DNA of 64,000 nt, taken from the NCBI GenBank assembly GCA_963804995.1, contig CAWDSK010000001.1:32001-96000 (forward strand), read 5' to 3'. This document shows, piece after piece, positions 53,510 through 64,000 of this stretch (the first letter of the stretch is position 1; every line of letters begins with the position of its first letter). The DNA comes from an uncultured Acidobacteriota bacterium. GTDB lineage: Bacteria; Acidobacteriota; Terriglobia; UBA7540. The position numbers and the translations under genes were made by a program. The notes under the pieces are model-generated. The model was given only the letters and a program-made list of their open reading frames with translations, was not told the origin of the DNA and did no database searches.

Positions 53510-54991
53510 ATGGTGATGAGGAAGGGTTGCTTATCTCTGACAACGATTGCTCTGGTGGCGCTCTGGACTATCACCTCGCGGGCACAACAGGTAGGTGCGC
53601 AAGCTGGCGAGACACTGCTAACAGCCACTTTCCCCGATTCCCAGATCGGGCCGAGCCAGACTCCTGTGACTGCTCCGAATCCGAGCGATGAACAACCCCC
53701 CGCACCCGCGCGCATGCCCCCTCTGAGCGGGGTGCAAGTGCTGGCCCCCACCTTTGGTGGAACGTCTGAGAACTACTGGTTGCCAGCACTTGCATGCACA
53801 GAGTACGCGAGCACCAATCCGACCGGACTCAATCGAAAGTCGGGTTTTTTCAGCGAAACCTCGTGTGCCGGCAACCTGACCTTACAAAGGGTCGATAGGC
53901 ACACCCAGCTGAACTTGGACTTCACCGGCGGAGGTTTCTACTATAACCGCCCGTTCGAGACGGGGACTCAGCAAGACATTAAGCAGTACGGGACCTTCGA
54001 AGAACTCGCAGTGTTCGCGCAGGTGAAAGGGCGCCGGTGGAATTGGATGATTGGGGATGAGGGCACCTACCTGCCCGAGGGCTCCACGGGTTACGGAGGA
54101 TTTGGCGGTATATCGAGTTTTGCAGGAGGTATGGGAGGGGGGGCGATGGCCAGCGCGCCCGCGCTGAATAGCGGGTTCTCGCCGAACCAATCCATTTACG
54201 GCGGCCTGGCCCGGCGGTTCAGCAACCTAGCCTTGAGCGAGTTTAGCTACGTCGTTGGTCCACGAACCACCCTCACGGCCACGGGAATGTTCGGAACCCA
54301 ACAGTTCCTCACGCCCGGTAATATTGATGAGAGGTACTGGACCGTCATGATGGGTTACAACCGCACTTTCGGCCGGAGCAATGAGGTTGCTGTGACCTAT
54401 GAAGAAATGCATTTCAACTTCGGCGCCTCCCAGCAGGAATTTCTTAGTCGCGGGGCGTCGATTCTCTACGGCCGCCAAATCAGCCCCAAGCTCGCTGTGG
54501 AGCTTTCCGTGGCGCCGATGGCCCGTGAGATCTCCGTACCCCAGACCGGCTCGACAACCAATTTCTTCATAGGGACTTACGATTCCTTGGGCTACCGTGC
54601 CCTGCGGTGGGGTGGAACGCTCAGTTTTGACCGGACCCTAGCCGGAGGCGCGGGGGTCTTGGCGGGAGCGGAAATGACCATGGTGATGGCGTCGCTTGGC
54701 CGGCAGTTGTCGCGCCGGGTGTATGGGAGCCTGAGTATGGCGTACGCGGACAATCGGTCTTTGGCGCAGAGCTCATCCGGTGTCCCTCAACCCGCATATG
54801 ATTACGTGCAAGCCGGGGTGAATCTAACTCATGAATTGGGGCAGCACACCAGCATATATGTGAACTATTACGTGCAGCGGCAAATCTCCAACACGCCCCT
54901 TTGTGAAGGCGCCTCTTGCTCAACGTTATACTTCCAACACGTCGGGGGCATTGGCATTAATTGGCACGCGCGACCTCTGAAGATCGATTGA
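53510..54991 (+). CDS. Putative outer-membrane beta-barrel protein of the EPS export system
   Basis: Signal peptide, alternating amphipathic strands, C-terminal GINW; position between export genes. Confidence 0.6.
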   Translation: MVMRKGCLSLTTIALVALWTITSRAQQVGAQAGETLLTATFPDSQIGPSQTPVTAPNPSDEQPPAPARMPPLSGVQVLAPTFGGTSENYWLPALACTEYASTNPTGLNRKSGFFSETSCAGNLTLQRVDRHTQLNLDFTGGGFYYNRPFETGTQQDIKQYGTFEELAVFAQVKGRRWNWMIGDEGTYLPEGSTGYGGFGGISSFAGGMGGGAMASAPALNSGFSPNQSIYGGLARRFSNLALSEFSYVVGPRTTLTATGMFGTQQFLTPGNIDERYWTVMMGYNRTFGRSNEVAVTYEEMHFNFGASQQEFLSRGASILYGRQISPKLAVELSVAPMAREISVPQTGSTTNFFIGTYDSLGYRALRWGGTLSFDRTLAGGAGVLAGAEMTMVMASLGRQLSRRVYGSLSMAYADNRSLAQSSSGVPQPAYDYVQAGVNLTHELGQHTSIYVNYYVQRQISNTPLCEGASCSTLYFQHVGGIGINWHARPLKID

Positions 54992-55033
54992 GCGCGGGTG
55001 AAGCCTCAGATTCAGGAAGGACGAGAAATCCTC

Positions 55034-56572
55034 ATGATAGGACACAGGCAGTTCGGGTGGGACGATTACCTGGCCATCTGGCGCCGGAGACGATTCTTGA
55101 TCATCGGACCAGCCCTCCTTGGTCCCGTGATCCTCTTTGGCATCTCCCTGGTGTTGCCCAATCGCTATGAGTCCGACACTCTGATCCTGATCCAAAGCCA
55201 GCGGATTCCGAATAATATGGTCCAGTCCGTTATCACCGAGGATTTGAATGGGCGGGTTGCCAGCTTGGAGGAGCAGGTCTTGAGCCGAACCCGGTTGGAG
55301 TCGATCATTAAACGTTACGACCTTTTCAAGGAGAACACCGGCGGGCGGCCTATGGAGTTGCTGGTTGACGATCTGCGCAAAGGCATCGAGCTGACCCCCG
55401 TGAAACCCATGGTTAGATCACGCGATCAAACCCTCCCTGGCTTCTCCATCGGTGTGAGGCTCTCCAGTGCTCAATTGGCCCAGCAAGTTTGCGGTGAGAT
55501 CACCTCAATGTTCATCGAAGAGAATCTCCGCCAAAGGGAACAGTCGGCCAAGGGCACGACCAGTTTCTTTCAAGCCCAGCTCGAAGATGCCAAGCGCCAA
55601 CTCGATGAGCAGGAGGCAAAACTGGCCGAGTTCAAGCTCAAGTACATGCGCGAGCTTCCCGAGGACACCCAAACGAACCTCAACTTGCTCGCGTCTCTGG
55701 ATGGCCAACTCGAAATGGCGACTCAAGCCCTCAGTCGTGCGCAACAAGAGAAGACCTACATGGAGTCTTTACTTACGCAACAGGTGGCCGCTTGGAAGGC
55801 TGCGCAGGGAGAAGGAGATAAGCCGCAACCCCAAACGCTCCAGCAGCAGCTTGCCACAATGCAGAGTCAGCTTGTGACGCTGGAGGTCAAAGACACACAA
55901 GAACACCCCGATGTCATCAAGCTCCAAGCTGAAATCGAGCGGCTCAAGAAGAAACTGCGCGAGCAGGGAACTACACCCGACACAAAAACCGAGGGAGAGG
56001 TCCAACATCCAGCGCCTATAGAACCCCCTCAGATCCAACAATTGCGCAGTCAACTTCATGCCTATGAAGAAGCCATGGGCACTCAAAGCAAGGTACAGCA
56101 ACGATTGCAGGGGCAAATCGAACTCCTCCAGTCGCGTATCCAAATGAGTCCGGTGGTGGAGCAACAATACAAGCAAGTCACGCGCGATCATGAGATGGCG
56201 CTGGGTTTCTATAACGACCTGCTCAAGAAAAGGAACGAATCGGAGATGGCGACCGATCTGGAGCAACGCCAGCAGGGAGAGCAATTCCTTATCATGGATC
56301 CGGCGAACTTGCCGAAGGAACCGATATTCCCGAACAGGCCCTTGTTTGCCTTGGGGGGGTTGGGTGGGGGCTTGGGCTTGGGTCTCTGTCTGGTGGGGCT
56401 CATGGAGGCGCGGGACAAGGCACTTCGGAACGAGAAAGACATAGAAGCCTGTTTGGGATTGCCGACGCTTGCCATGGTGCCTTTACTCACGACGGCGCCG
56501 AGGGTGAAGCGGTTCCGGGTTGGCGAGGCAGGGAAACTCGGGATGGCGGAAGAGCGTACCGGGGGGACTTAA
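55034..56572 (+). CDS. Polysaccharide chain-length determinant (Wzz/GumC-like)
   Basis: Two TM segments, coiled coil, HPDVI, DPANLP..P..PNR. Confidence 0.9.
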   Translation: MIGHRQFGWDDYLAIWRRRRFLIIGPALLGPVILFGISLVLPNRYESDTLILIQSQRIPNNMVQSVITEDLNGRVASLEEQVLSRTRLESIIKRYDLFKENTGGRPMELLVDDLRKGIELTPVKPMVRSRDQTLPGFSIGVRLSSAQLAQQVCGEITSMFIEENLRQREQSAKGTTSFFQAQLEDAKRQLDEQEAKLAEFKLKYMRELPEDTQTNLNLLASLDGQLEMATQALSRAQQEKTYMESLLTQQVAAWKAAQGEGDKPQPQTLQQQLATMQSQLVTLEVKDTQEHPDVIKLQAEIERLKKKLREQGTTPDTKTEGEVQHPAPIEPPQIQQLRSQLHAYEEAMGTQSKVQQRLQGQIELLQSRIQMSPVVEQQYKQVTRDHEMALGFYNDLLKKRNESEMATDLEQRQQGEQFLIMDPANLPKEPIFPNRPLFALGGLGGGLGLGLCLVGLMEARDKALRNEKDIEACLGLPTLAMVPLLTTAPRVKRFRVGEAGKLGMAEERTGGT

Positions 56573-56583
56573 GGACTTCGTGT

Positions 56584-57504
56584 ATGTACAAGAGATTCTT
56601 CGGGCTGAAGGAAAACCCGTTTAACGTCAATCCGGACCCACGGTTCCTGTTTCAGACGCGGGAGATACAGGAAGCGTTGGCTTGCCTGGCCTACGGCGTC
56701 CGGCGCCGGAAAGGGTTCATTCTGCTTAGCGGAGAGGTGGGGACAGGAAAAACAACCCTCCTCAACAAGCTGCTGGAGAATCTACGCGGGGAGCGTGTGA
56801 CGACAGCCTTTATCTTCAATCCGCGCCTCAGCGTGAATCAATTCCTGCACTTCATGCTGGCGGATTTTGGGATCTCTTGCGAATCTCACAGGAAGAGTCA
56901 GGTTTTACTTCAACTTAATCAATGGCTTTTGGAGCGGTACCGCGCCGGGGAAACCGCTGTCCTGGTTGTGGATGAAGCGCAGAATCTTTCGCTGGAAGTT
57001 CTTGAGGAGATCCGGTTGCTGACCAACCTGGAGACGTCAACGGAAAAACTCCTCCAGATCGTGCTTTCAGGTCAGCCAGAACTTGAGAATCTTCTCAACC
57101 AGGCGGTCCTTCGCCAGCTTCGACAACGGATCACCCTGAGATGCAAGATGGCGCCGTTAACTCTTGAAGACACACGGTGCTACATTTCCGAACGTCTCCG
57201 CATCGCGGGGGCCAGTGGTGACTCGATTTTCAATCCGGACGCACTCGAAGTGATATTTCGATATTCAGGCGGAATTCCTCGTGTGATCAATCTGCTATGC
57301 GAGCATGCGCTGATCACTGCCTTCGCTGAGGAGCAGAGGCCGGTGCTTGCCGACACGATCCAAGCCGTGGCGCACGAATTTGAATTGGATAGACCGCCAG
57401 AACCGGTCGTTCAGCTTCTCGAAGGGGAGAAACGTCCCTCACAGGTTGTTGACTCACTGCAGAACCTGGGCCAACTCATGGACCGGATGAGGAAGGGTAG
57501 CTAG
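56584..57504 (+). CDS. ExeA-like AAA ATPase of PEP-CTERM/EPS loci
   Basis: FFGLKENPF, GEVGTGKT, VDEAQ, GQPEL, GGIPRVIN. Confidence 0.9.
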   Translation: MYKRFFGLKENPFNVNPDPRFLFQTREIQEALACLAYGVRRRKGFILLSGEVGTGKTTLLNKLLENLRGERVTTAFIFNPRLSVNQFLHFMLADFGISCESHRKSQVLLQLNQWLLERYRAGETAVLVVDEAQNLSLEVLEEIRLLTNLETSTEKLLQIVLSGQPELENLLNQAVLRQLRQRITLRCKMAPLTLEDTRCYISERLRIAGASGDSIFNPDALEVIFRYSGGIPRVINLLCEHALITAFAEEQRPVLADTIQAVAHEFELDRPPEPVVQLLEGEKRPSQVVDSLQNLGQLMDRMRKGS

Positions 57505-57538
57505 AGGGCCCAGTTCAGCGTATAGCGACAGGACAGTT

Positions 57539-58477
57539 ATGAGCCGAGTTCACGATGCCCTGAGAAAAGCCGAAGAAGAGAAGGCGATACTGGGCGATCC
57601 CGATAGCTCTGTGGAGACGAAGGTACCAAACGCGCCCGGTCTCCACCACCTGGAAAGCACGGGTGTTGCCGCGAACCAGCAGCCGGTCGCGAATGCGGAG
57701 AGCAGGGCCGGGCAGGATGAGTTAGTCCCTGGGGCGTTCTTGGAAAGCTGCTCGCGCCGGGTTTGGAACATGGACCCCACCTTGACTCGACATGCGGATG
57801 CGCGGCGCCACACGCTCGTTTCAGAGCAATTTCGCACCCTACGGTCGCAACTCTATCTCATGCGCAAAGTGCGGCCGGTGCAAAAGCTCGTCGTTACGAG
57901 CCCATTGCCGGGCGAGGGGAAAACCTTCGTAGCCGCGAACTTGGCGCGGGTCACCGCGAAACAGACCGACAGTCGGGTCCTGTTGATCGATGGCGACTTG
58001 CGTAGATCCGCGCTGCATGCCGTACTGGGAGCTCCTTCTGTGCCGGGCCTATCGGAGTACTTGGCGGGCGGATTCGACCTTACCTCCGTCATTCAGCGAG
58101 GTCCCGTGGAAAACCTCTTCTTCATTCCCGGGGGAGAAAACGCACCGAATCCCACGGAACTTCTCAGCAATGGCCGTTTCGAGCTTCTGATGAACCGAGT
58201 GGTTCCGATTTTTGATTGGATCATTATTGACTCCGCTCCGGTCATTCCCGTGTCAGACACCAGATTGCTTGCTGGGTTCTGTGATGGGGTGTTGATGTTG
58301 GTCAATGCGGGCACGACGCCCTTCGACCTGGCGCAGAAAGCCTGCGGGGAGTTTCTGAAGAATCAACTTCTGGGTGTCATCCTCAACCGCGTTGAGCCGG
58401 AGCACACCTACGGTTACTATTATTATTACGGCAAAGGGAATCACCATAAAGGGAATGGCAAGGGCGTAGAGGTATGA
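57539..58477 (+). CDS. CpsD/CapB-family bacterial tyrosine kinase
   Basis: EQFRTLR, GEGKT, IDGDLR, DSAP, C-terminal tyrosine cluster YGYYYYY. Confidence 0.9.
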   Translation: MSRVHDALRKAEEEKAILGDPDSSVETKVPNAPGLHHLESTGVAANQQPVANAESRAGQDELVPGAFLESCSRRVWNMDPTLTRHADARRHTLVSEQFRTLRSQLYLMRKVRPVQKLVVTSPLPGEGKTFVAANLARVTAKQTDSRVLLIDGDLRRSALHAVLGAPSVPGLSEYLAGGFDLTSVIQRGPVENLFFIPGGENAPNPTELLSNGRFELLMNRVVPIFDWIIIDSAPVIPVSDTRLLAGFCDGVLMLVNAGTTPFDLAQKACGEFLKNQLLGVILNRVEPEHTYGYYYYYGKGNHHKGNGKGVEV

Positions 58478-59221
58478 GTTCTGCCGTAATAGCCCGCAAC
58501 CCTGCTCATCAGCCAGTGGGTGCCCTGGCCGCCAAGAGCCCACGGGTATGCCCTTTCTATAGCTTACGGGCGGGGGGATTTGTTGTCCGAAGCACGTCTC
58601 GCGCAGAGGGAGTGGCAGGTCCGGTGGCGGGCTCGTCGCACGATTGTCCAGACGGCGCTTATGATGGCCGTTCGAGGGACGGAATCAAAGACCCATCTAG
58701 ATGCAAATCTTTGCAAGTTTGGGTGGCTCTCAGGGCGACAACCTTTTTAGACATCCTAACGACCGCTGTCACGGACGTAACCACCTTATTTGTCAAGGTC
58801 CTACGCGTCAACGAAAAAATGACTGGCGGCCCGGGTTTGGCCCATCGCTTGCGGGATCTGTCTCCATATGGTCATGGGCATTACTCCAACGGATCCGCAC
58901 AATTCGGAGTCGGCAGTGGTCCGTCCACCCAGCCGAAGCGACAGCAAGAGCCTCGCGGCCGAGGCGGTGCCCCCCCCCTGCGAGTCGAAAAGGCAGGTGT
59001 GCGGCGCGAGGTTGCCTTTCCGAGGTCCCGGGGTTGGCGGTACGCAACCCGGACAGGAACTGCTGGAGCCAAAGTGGCCTCAACGTGGTCGCGCGAGAAT
59101 TGTGTTGGGGGCTCAAGCGGGAAGATCTGCTGACCACGGCAGTCTGGAAGTTTCACTACCACGTAAGAAGGAGCGAAGCGGCTTACGGAGACGGCTCCTG
59201 TAAGTCACAGGGCGGAGCTAT

Positions 59222-59815
59222 ATGTTGTCGATGCCTTTTGCGGCCGGCACAGGGGAAGTGGATTCGGACGCCAGTTGGTATGCACTCTACACCCGGCATC
59301 AACACGAGAAGACTGTCGCTAGCCTTTTGTCGGGAAAGGGATTCCAGGTGTTCCTCCCTCTGTATTCAACTGTCCACAGGTGGAAAGACAGGGACAAGCA
59401 GTTGTTTCTACCACTGTACCCCGGCTATGTTTTCTTACTGGATCGGCTCGACCGCACGCTCCAGATTCTGATGACTCCGGGCGTTCATTCGATCGTAGGA
59501 ACGGCGGGTGGTCCCGAGCCTATTCCGCAATTCGAGATCGACGCAGTCAAGCGCGTCATCGAAAGCTCATTGGCAGTTGAACCTCATCCGTTCCTGCGGT
59601 GTGGAGACCGAGTGAGGGTCACTTACGGCCCACTTGAGGGAATTGAAGGAATTCTCCTACGCAAGAAGAACGCGTTCAGGCTCGTCCTGTCTATGGAAAT
59701 GCTGATGAAGTCGGTTGCGATTGAGATTGATGCGTCCATTGTTGAGCGCATTAGCGCCCCGAATTGGAGCCCGATCAACCGCGGGTTTGAAGAACCGCTC
59801 TACTCTGCTTTCTGA
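59222..59815 (+). CDS. UpxY/RfaH-like NusG-paralog antiterminator
   Basis: WYALYT..HEK, FLPL..W.DR..PLYPGYVF, KOW motif GDRVRV..GPLEG. Confidence 0.9.
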   Translation: MLSMPFAAGTGEVDSDASWYALYTRHQHEKTVASLLSGKGFQVFLPLYSTVHRWKDRDKQLFLPLYPGYVFLLDRLDRTLQILMTPGVHSIVGTAGGPEPIPQFEIDAVKRVIESSLAVEPHPFLRCGDRVRVTYGPLEGIEGILLRKKNAFRLVLSMEMLMKSVAIEIDASIVERISAPNWSPINRGFEEPLYSAF

Positions 59816-59831
59816 GATTGCGAGAGACCAC

Positions 59832-61025
59832 ATGAGTCTGGGGAGCAGCCCGTTGATCACCCTGGCGTTGAATGACAAGCCACAACCTCGCCGACGCGCC
59901 ACTAATCATCCTCAGCTCCCAGTCCCCTCGAGCACACGGCATTACGGTACTGTTCCTGAAGAGTCATTCAGAAGGACCCTTTCCTTGGAGCAGAAGAGGA
60001 CGGAGCGTTCAAGGAAGCCTTTCCTGCTCATGCTCTTAGAGGGGGAGAAACTCTTCCAGACCGACCGGCGGCAAAGGGCACTTCAAAACATACTCTCATC
60101 CCTGTCCAGCTCGGTCAGGGAGACGGACATCACCGGTTGGTTCATAGAGAATTCCATCGTCGGTGTCATCTTTACCGAGGTCGGCTCAGCCGACGCCGCG
60201 ACCTTTCCGGAAGCCATTTTGGAACGGGTTGTGACGGCACTGCACCATAACTTGAGTTCGGAAGAAGTCGATTTCATAGACATCACCCTCCATGTTTTCC
60301 CGGATGAGTGGGATGAAAAGAAGCCCGGGCCGCCAGCCAGATTGGATTTTTATCCGGACTTGCGGGAGCAGAAGGATTTCCGCCGGGTTGATCTGGTTCT
60401 AAAAAGGATCGTCGACGTAGGGGGAAGTCTGATCGCGCTTATTCTTCTATCCCCCTTGTTTGCGCTGATCGCTGCTCTCATCAAACTCACTTCTAGAGGT
60501 CCGGTATTGTTCCGGCAGACCAGGGTGGGCCAGTATGGGGAGAAATTCACGTTTCTCAAGTTTCGGACGATGGATGCCCGTAGCAATTCTAGCATCCACA
60601 AAGACTATGTCAGACGGCTTATTTCTGGAAAAGCATATTTGAACGAAGGTGAACACGGGCAATCTCCCGTCTATAAGCTAGTTGACGATCCGAGAGTGGC
60701 GCGTGTAGGGAGATTCTTACGGAGGAGCAGCCTGGACGAACTTCCGCAGTTGCTCAACGTCTTAAAGGGAGAAATGTCCCTGGTTGGGCCGCGCCCTCCT
60801 ATCCCCTACGAGTGTGATGTCTATGAATTGTGGCACAGGCGCCGGGTGCTGGAGGCCAAGCCAGGTATTACGGGGCTTTGGCAGGTGAACGGGCGCAGCA
60901 AGACAACCTTCGATGATATGGTTCGCCTGGACCTGCGGTATGCGAGGTCCTGGTCCCTCTGGTTGGACTTTAAGATCTTGCTCAAAACGCCTCAAGCTGT
61001 TCTCTCGGGCGAAGGCGCTTACTGA
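59832..61025 (+). CDS. Priming sugar transferase (polyprenyl glycosylphosphotransferase) with extra N-terminal domain
   Basis: [41 protein letters not shown]. Confidence 0.9.
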   Translation: MSLGSSPLITLALNDKPQPRRRATNHPQLPVPSSTRHYGTVPEESFRRTLSLEQKRTERSRKPFLLMLLEGEKLFQTDRRQRALQNILSSLSSSVRETDITGWFIENSIVGVIFTEVGSADAATFPEAILERVVTALHHNLSSEEVDFIDITLHVFPDEWDEKKPGPPARLDFYPDLREQKDFRRVDLVLKRIVDVGGSLIALILLSPLFALIAALIKLTSRGPVLFRQTRVGQYGEKFTFLKFRTMDARSNSSIHKDYVRRLISGKAYLNEGEHGQSPVYKLVDDPRVARVGRFLRRSSLDELPQLLNVLKGEMSLVGPRPPIPYECDVYELWHRRRVLEAKPGITGLWQVNGRSKTTFDDMVRLDLRYARSWSLWLDFKILLKTPQAVLSGEGAY

Positions 61026-61210
61026 GAATGTTCGCATTCTCCTGTGTCCCCTTTCTCTCTACCCTGCCGGGATGAGCCTTCCGAACACAGCATCGAATCT
61101 TTGAGTTGCCGTTGCCTACGGACAAGAACGCTCCCAGGTGTTTTGCGGTCGTTGTCGGCGGCCCTAAGGGTGTCCAGTGGGGAGCCTGCTGTACGATCGC
61201 GAGGTGAACC

Positions 61211-62212
61211 ATGATCAGGGTTGGTGTCATAGGGTTTGGCTATTGGGGGCCGAATGTCGTCCGGAACTTCCAGGGAATGGATGATTGCAAGGTTGTGGCA
61301 ATCTGCGATTCGGATCCTAATGCCTCCCGGCGTGCCAGTTCAGCCTATCCTGGTCTGGAGGTCACGAACGATTCCTCCCAATTGCTCGAGTCCACCCGGG
61401 TCGATGCCGTGACGGTGATCACACCGGTCTGGACGCATTTTGAGCTGGCCAAGAGGGCGCTCGAAAATGGCAAGCACGTTTTTGTGGAAAAGCCATTCAC
61501 TTCAACCTCGGCGCAAGCCGAAGAGCTGATCGAGTTGGCGGAGAAGAAGCACCTCAAGATCATGGTTGACCATACGTTCATCTATACGGGCGCCGTCAGG
61601 AAAATTCGGCAACTGATCGATGAGGATGTCTTGGGTCGGCTGTACTACTACGACTCCACCCGGGTAAACCTGGGACTGTTCCAGCATGACGTCAACGTCA
61701 TCTGGGATCTTGCTCCCCACGATTTGGCGATCATGGACTACCTCATCGAGGGCAAGCCCCAAGCTTTGGTCGCAACCGGGGCCGTGCACTTGAATGCCCA
61801 TGAGGACATGGCTTTTATCACGGTCTATTTCCCCAATAACGTCATTGCCCATGTCAACGTGAATTGGCTTTCCCCGGTGAAAGTCCGAACCACCTTGCTG
61901 GGTGGCGAAAAAAAGATGGTGGTCTGGAACGACCTCGAGGCTGACGAGAAAATCAAAGTGTACGACCGAGGCGTGCAGGTGGGCAATCGTCATGGAGTTT
62001 ACGAACTCCTCGTGAGCTATCGCTCGGGTGATATGTGGGCGCCCAAGGTGGATCAGACCGAAGCGTTGAAGCTGGAATCAGCGCACTTTATTGAGTGCAT
62101 CATGAACAACCTGCTCCCCGTTAACAATGGAGCAGCCGGTTATCGAGTTGTTAAGATGCTCGAAGCGGCGGATCTCTCGGTCAAGCAGCGCGGGAAGCTG
62201 GTCGAACTATGA
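61211..62212 (+). CDS. Gfo/Idh/MocA oxidoreductase (NDP-sugar 3-dehydrogenase-like)
   Basis: GFGYWG, EKP, DLAPHD. Confidence 0.9.
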   Translation: MIRVGVIGFGYWGPNVVRNFQGMDDCKVVAICDSDPNASRRASSAYPGLEVTNDSSQLLESTRVDAVTVITPVWTHFELAKRALENGKHVFVEKPFTSTSAQAEELIELAEKKHLKIMVDHTFIYTGAVRKIRQLIDEDVLGRLYYYDSTRVNLGLFQHDVNVIWDLAPHDLAIMDYLIEGKPQALVATGAVHLNAHEDMAFITVYFPNNVIAHVNVNWLSPVKVRTTLLGGEKKMVVWNDLEADEKIKVYDRGVQVGNRHGVYELLVSYRSGDMWAPKVDQTEALKLESAHFIECIMNNLLPVNNGAAGYRVVKMLEAADLSVKQRGKLVEL

Positions 62213-62706
62213 ACGAGTACCAGTGCATTGCCCCGGACGTCAGGCTGGGAAAGGGCGTCAAGCTCTCTAAGTTTATCAACCTATATGGCTGCGAGATTGG
62301 CGAAGGCAGCAAGATTGGCGCCTTCGTCGAAATCCAGAAAAACGCCCGGATTGGCCGCAACTGCAAGATTTCGAGCCACACATTTGTCTGTGAAGGCGTG
62401 ACGATTGAGGACAATGTATTTGTCGGTCATGGGGTTGTGTTCATCAACGATACTTACCCACGCGCCACAATCCCGGAGGGCAATCTGCAAACCGAAGCGG
62501 ACTGGAAAGTCGAGACGACCGTCGTCAAGAAAGGGGCTTCCATCGGTTCGGGATCCACAATTCTCTCCCAGGTGGTCATCGGGGAGAACTCCCTTGTCGG
62601 AGCGGGCAGTGTCGTGACGAAAGATGTCCCTCCTGGTGCGATCGTCGTCGGGAGTCCTGCTCGCGTGTTGAGACTTATCTTTCCGGAAGTGAGTGCACCA
62701 AGATGA
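62209..62706 (+). CDS. Hexapeptide-repeat N-acyltransferase (WbpD-like)
   Basis: Left-handed beta-helix repeats, FINDTYPRA, VGAGSVVTKDV. Confidence 0.9.
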   Translation: MNEYQCIAPDVRLGKGVKLSKFINLYGCEIGEGSKIGAFVEIQKNARIGRNCKISSHTFVCEGVTIEDNVFVGHGVVFINDTYPRATIPEGNLQTEADWKVETTVVKKGASIGSGSTILSQVVIGENSLVGAGSVVTKDVPPGAIVVGSPARVLRLIFPEVSAPR

Positions 62707-63923
62707 GCCGAGCAGACGGTATTCCATTTGTAGATCTTGTCCCGCCGCACGTCGAGCTTGAAGAGGAGCTCGTGGCGGTCGTGAAAAAGGCTTTGCGGAC
62801 CGCAGGCTTCATCGGCGGTCCCATGGTGGAGGAGTTTGAACGGGAATTCGCGAAGTTCTGCGATGTGCCTTATTGTGTTGGAGTGAGTAGTGGGACGGAC
62901 GCGCTGAGGTTCGCGCTCATGGCCGCAGGCGTGAGCCCCGGTGACAGCGTCGTCACCGTCCCCAACACCTTTATCGCCACGACCGAAGCCATCTCGCAGG
63001 CCGGGGCGCGCCCTGAATTCGTTGATATTGACCCGCGGACTTATAACCTGGATCCCTTCAAGCTGCGCGCGTACCTGGAGACTGGCTGCGACCTGGACGG
63101 GCTGACGGGCAAGCTCATCAGCCGAAAGATAGGGAGGCCCATCACGGCTGTCGTGCCGGTGCATTTGTACGGTCAGATGGCGGCGATGGATTCCATTCGG
63201 GAGTTGGCCGAACGCTACGGATTGATCGTCATCGAGGACGCCTGCCAGGCTCACGGCTCTGAATACTTTTCGGCGAAGGAGAATCGCTGGCGAAAAGCTG
63301 GGTCCGTGGGCGATGCGGCGGCGTTCAGTTTCTACCCTGGGAAGAACCTGGGGGCTTGTGGAGAAGGAGGGGCTGTTACCACCCACGACGAACAAATTGC
63401 GTGTAAGGTGCGCATGTTACGCGACCACGGCCAGGCTCAAAAGTACTACCACAACATGGAAGGGTACAATGGCCGGTTGGACGCGATTCAAGCCGGCATG
63501 TTGACGGTGAAGCTGCGGCGGCTTTCAGCATGGAATGCGCAGCGGCGTGAGATTGCCGCCCGATATAACGAATTGTTTGGATCTTTGCGCGACGCCCTGA
63601 CGATTCCTTATGAGCCCAATTGGGCCAAGTCGAACTACCACCTCTACGTTATACAAGTTCGGACCCGAGATGAACTTAGGTCCTATCTCTCCGAAGCCCA
63701 TGTTGGCACTGGAATCCACTACCCGATCCCCCTGCACTTGCAGAAGGCCTACGAGTATCTCGGTTACACCCAGGGAAGTTTCCCGGTAACGGAAAAGGCC
63801 GCCTCCGGAATCCTCTCGCTCCCCCTGTATCCTCAGCTTGGCCAGGAAGATCAGAGGCATGTTGCAGCCCAGGCATGCGAGTTTGTCGAGGCCACCACGG
63901 CGCCCGCGGCCGCCCGAGCGTGA
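62703..63923 (+). CDS. DegT/DnrJ/EryC1/StrS sugar aminotransferase
   Basis: SSGTDAL, PVHLYG, EDACQAHG, SFYPGKNLGACGEGG. Confidence 0.95.
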   Translation: MSRADGIPFVDLVPPHVELEEELVAVVKKALRTAGFIGGPMVEEFEREFAKFCDVPYCVGVSSGTDALRFALMAAGVSPGDSVVTVPNTFIATTEAISQAGARPEFVDIDPRTYNLDPFKLRAYLETGCDLDGLTGKLISRKIGRPITAVVPVHLYGQMAAMDSIRELAERYGLIVIEDACQAHGSEYFSAKENRWRKAGSVGDAAAFSFYPGKNLGACGEGGAVTTHDEQIACKVRMLRDHGQAQKYYHNMEGYNGRLDAIQAGMLTVKLRRLSAWNAQRREIAARYNELFGSLRDALTIPYEPNWAKSNYHLYVIQVRTRDELRSYLSEAHVGTGIHYPIPLHLQKAYEYLGYTQGSFPVTEKAASGILSLPLYPQLGQEDQRHVAAQACEFVEATTAPAAARA

Positions 63924-64000
63924 GTTAGCAACACATCTGAACGTGGTCCTAAATCTCAACGTCCCCCCTCATCTGCTGGAGAATAGGCTCTTCAAGAATG

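Noticed and set aside
58474..59133. 219-aa ORF overlapping the tyrosine kinase stop
   Set aside because: Arg/Gly/Ser-rich with no recognisable domain; not called as a CDS

Overview
High-GC bacterial window; the gene content (Oar-type TonB-dependent receptors, CRTAC1/ASPIC-UnbV, wHTH-TPR regulator, PEP-CTERM/EPS locus) suggests Acidobacteriota, which is an inference. It has three zones. (1) 1-20 kb: a partly decayed uptake/catabolic region with TonB-dependent receptor paralogs and fragments, an exact >=504-bp duplication, two exported M55 D-aminopeptidases, a class IV aminotransferase, a DapB/Ord-like dehydrogenase and an M23-PKD protein. (2) 20-40 kb: an IS-rich accessory mosaic ending at a half tRNA(CAT). 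It carries an attenuator-controlled IlvB-ACT fusion, two copies of an AbiE type IV toxin-antitoxin start, a gene bracketed by ~85-bp direct repeats, and an ATP-dependent DNA ligase whose LigD-type phosphoesterase motifs appear in rearranged order. (3) 40-64 kb: a sigma54-controlled PEP-CTERM/exopolysaccharide locus with a sensorless kinase, three enhancer-binding proteins (one lacking GAFTGA), a PEP-CTERM ice-binding protein, Wza/Wzz/Wzc-like export genes, UpxY, a priming glycosyltransferase with a degenerate GGDEF-like N-terminus, and amino-sugar genes. No CRISPR array or rRNA was seen. All family assignments come from motif recognition by eye; no searches were run.
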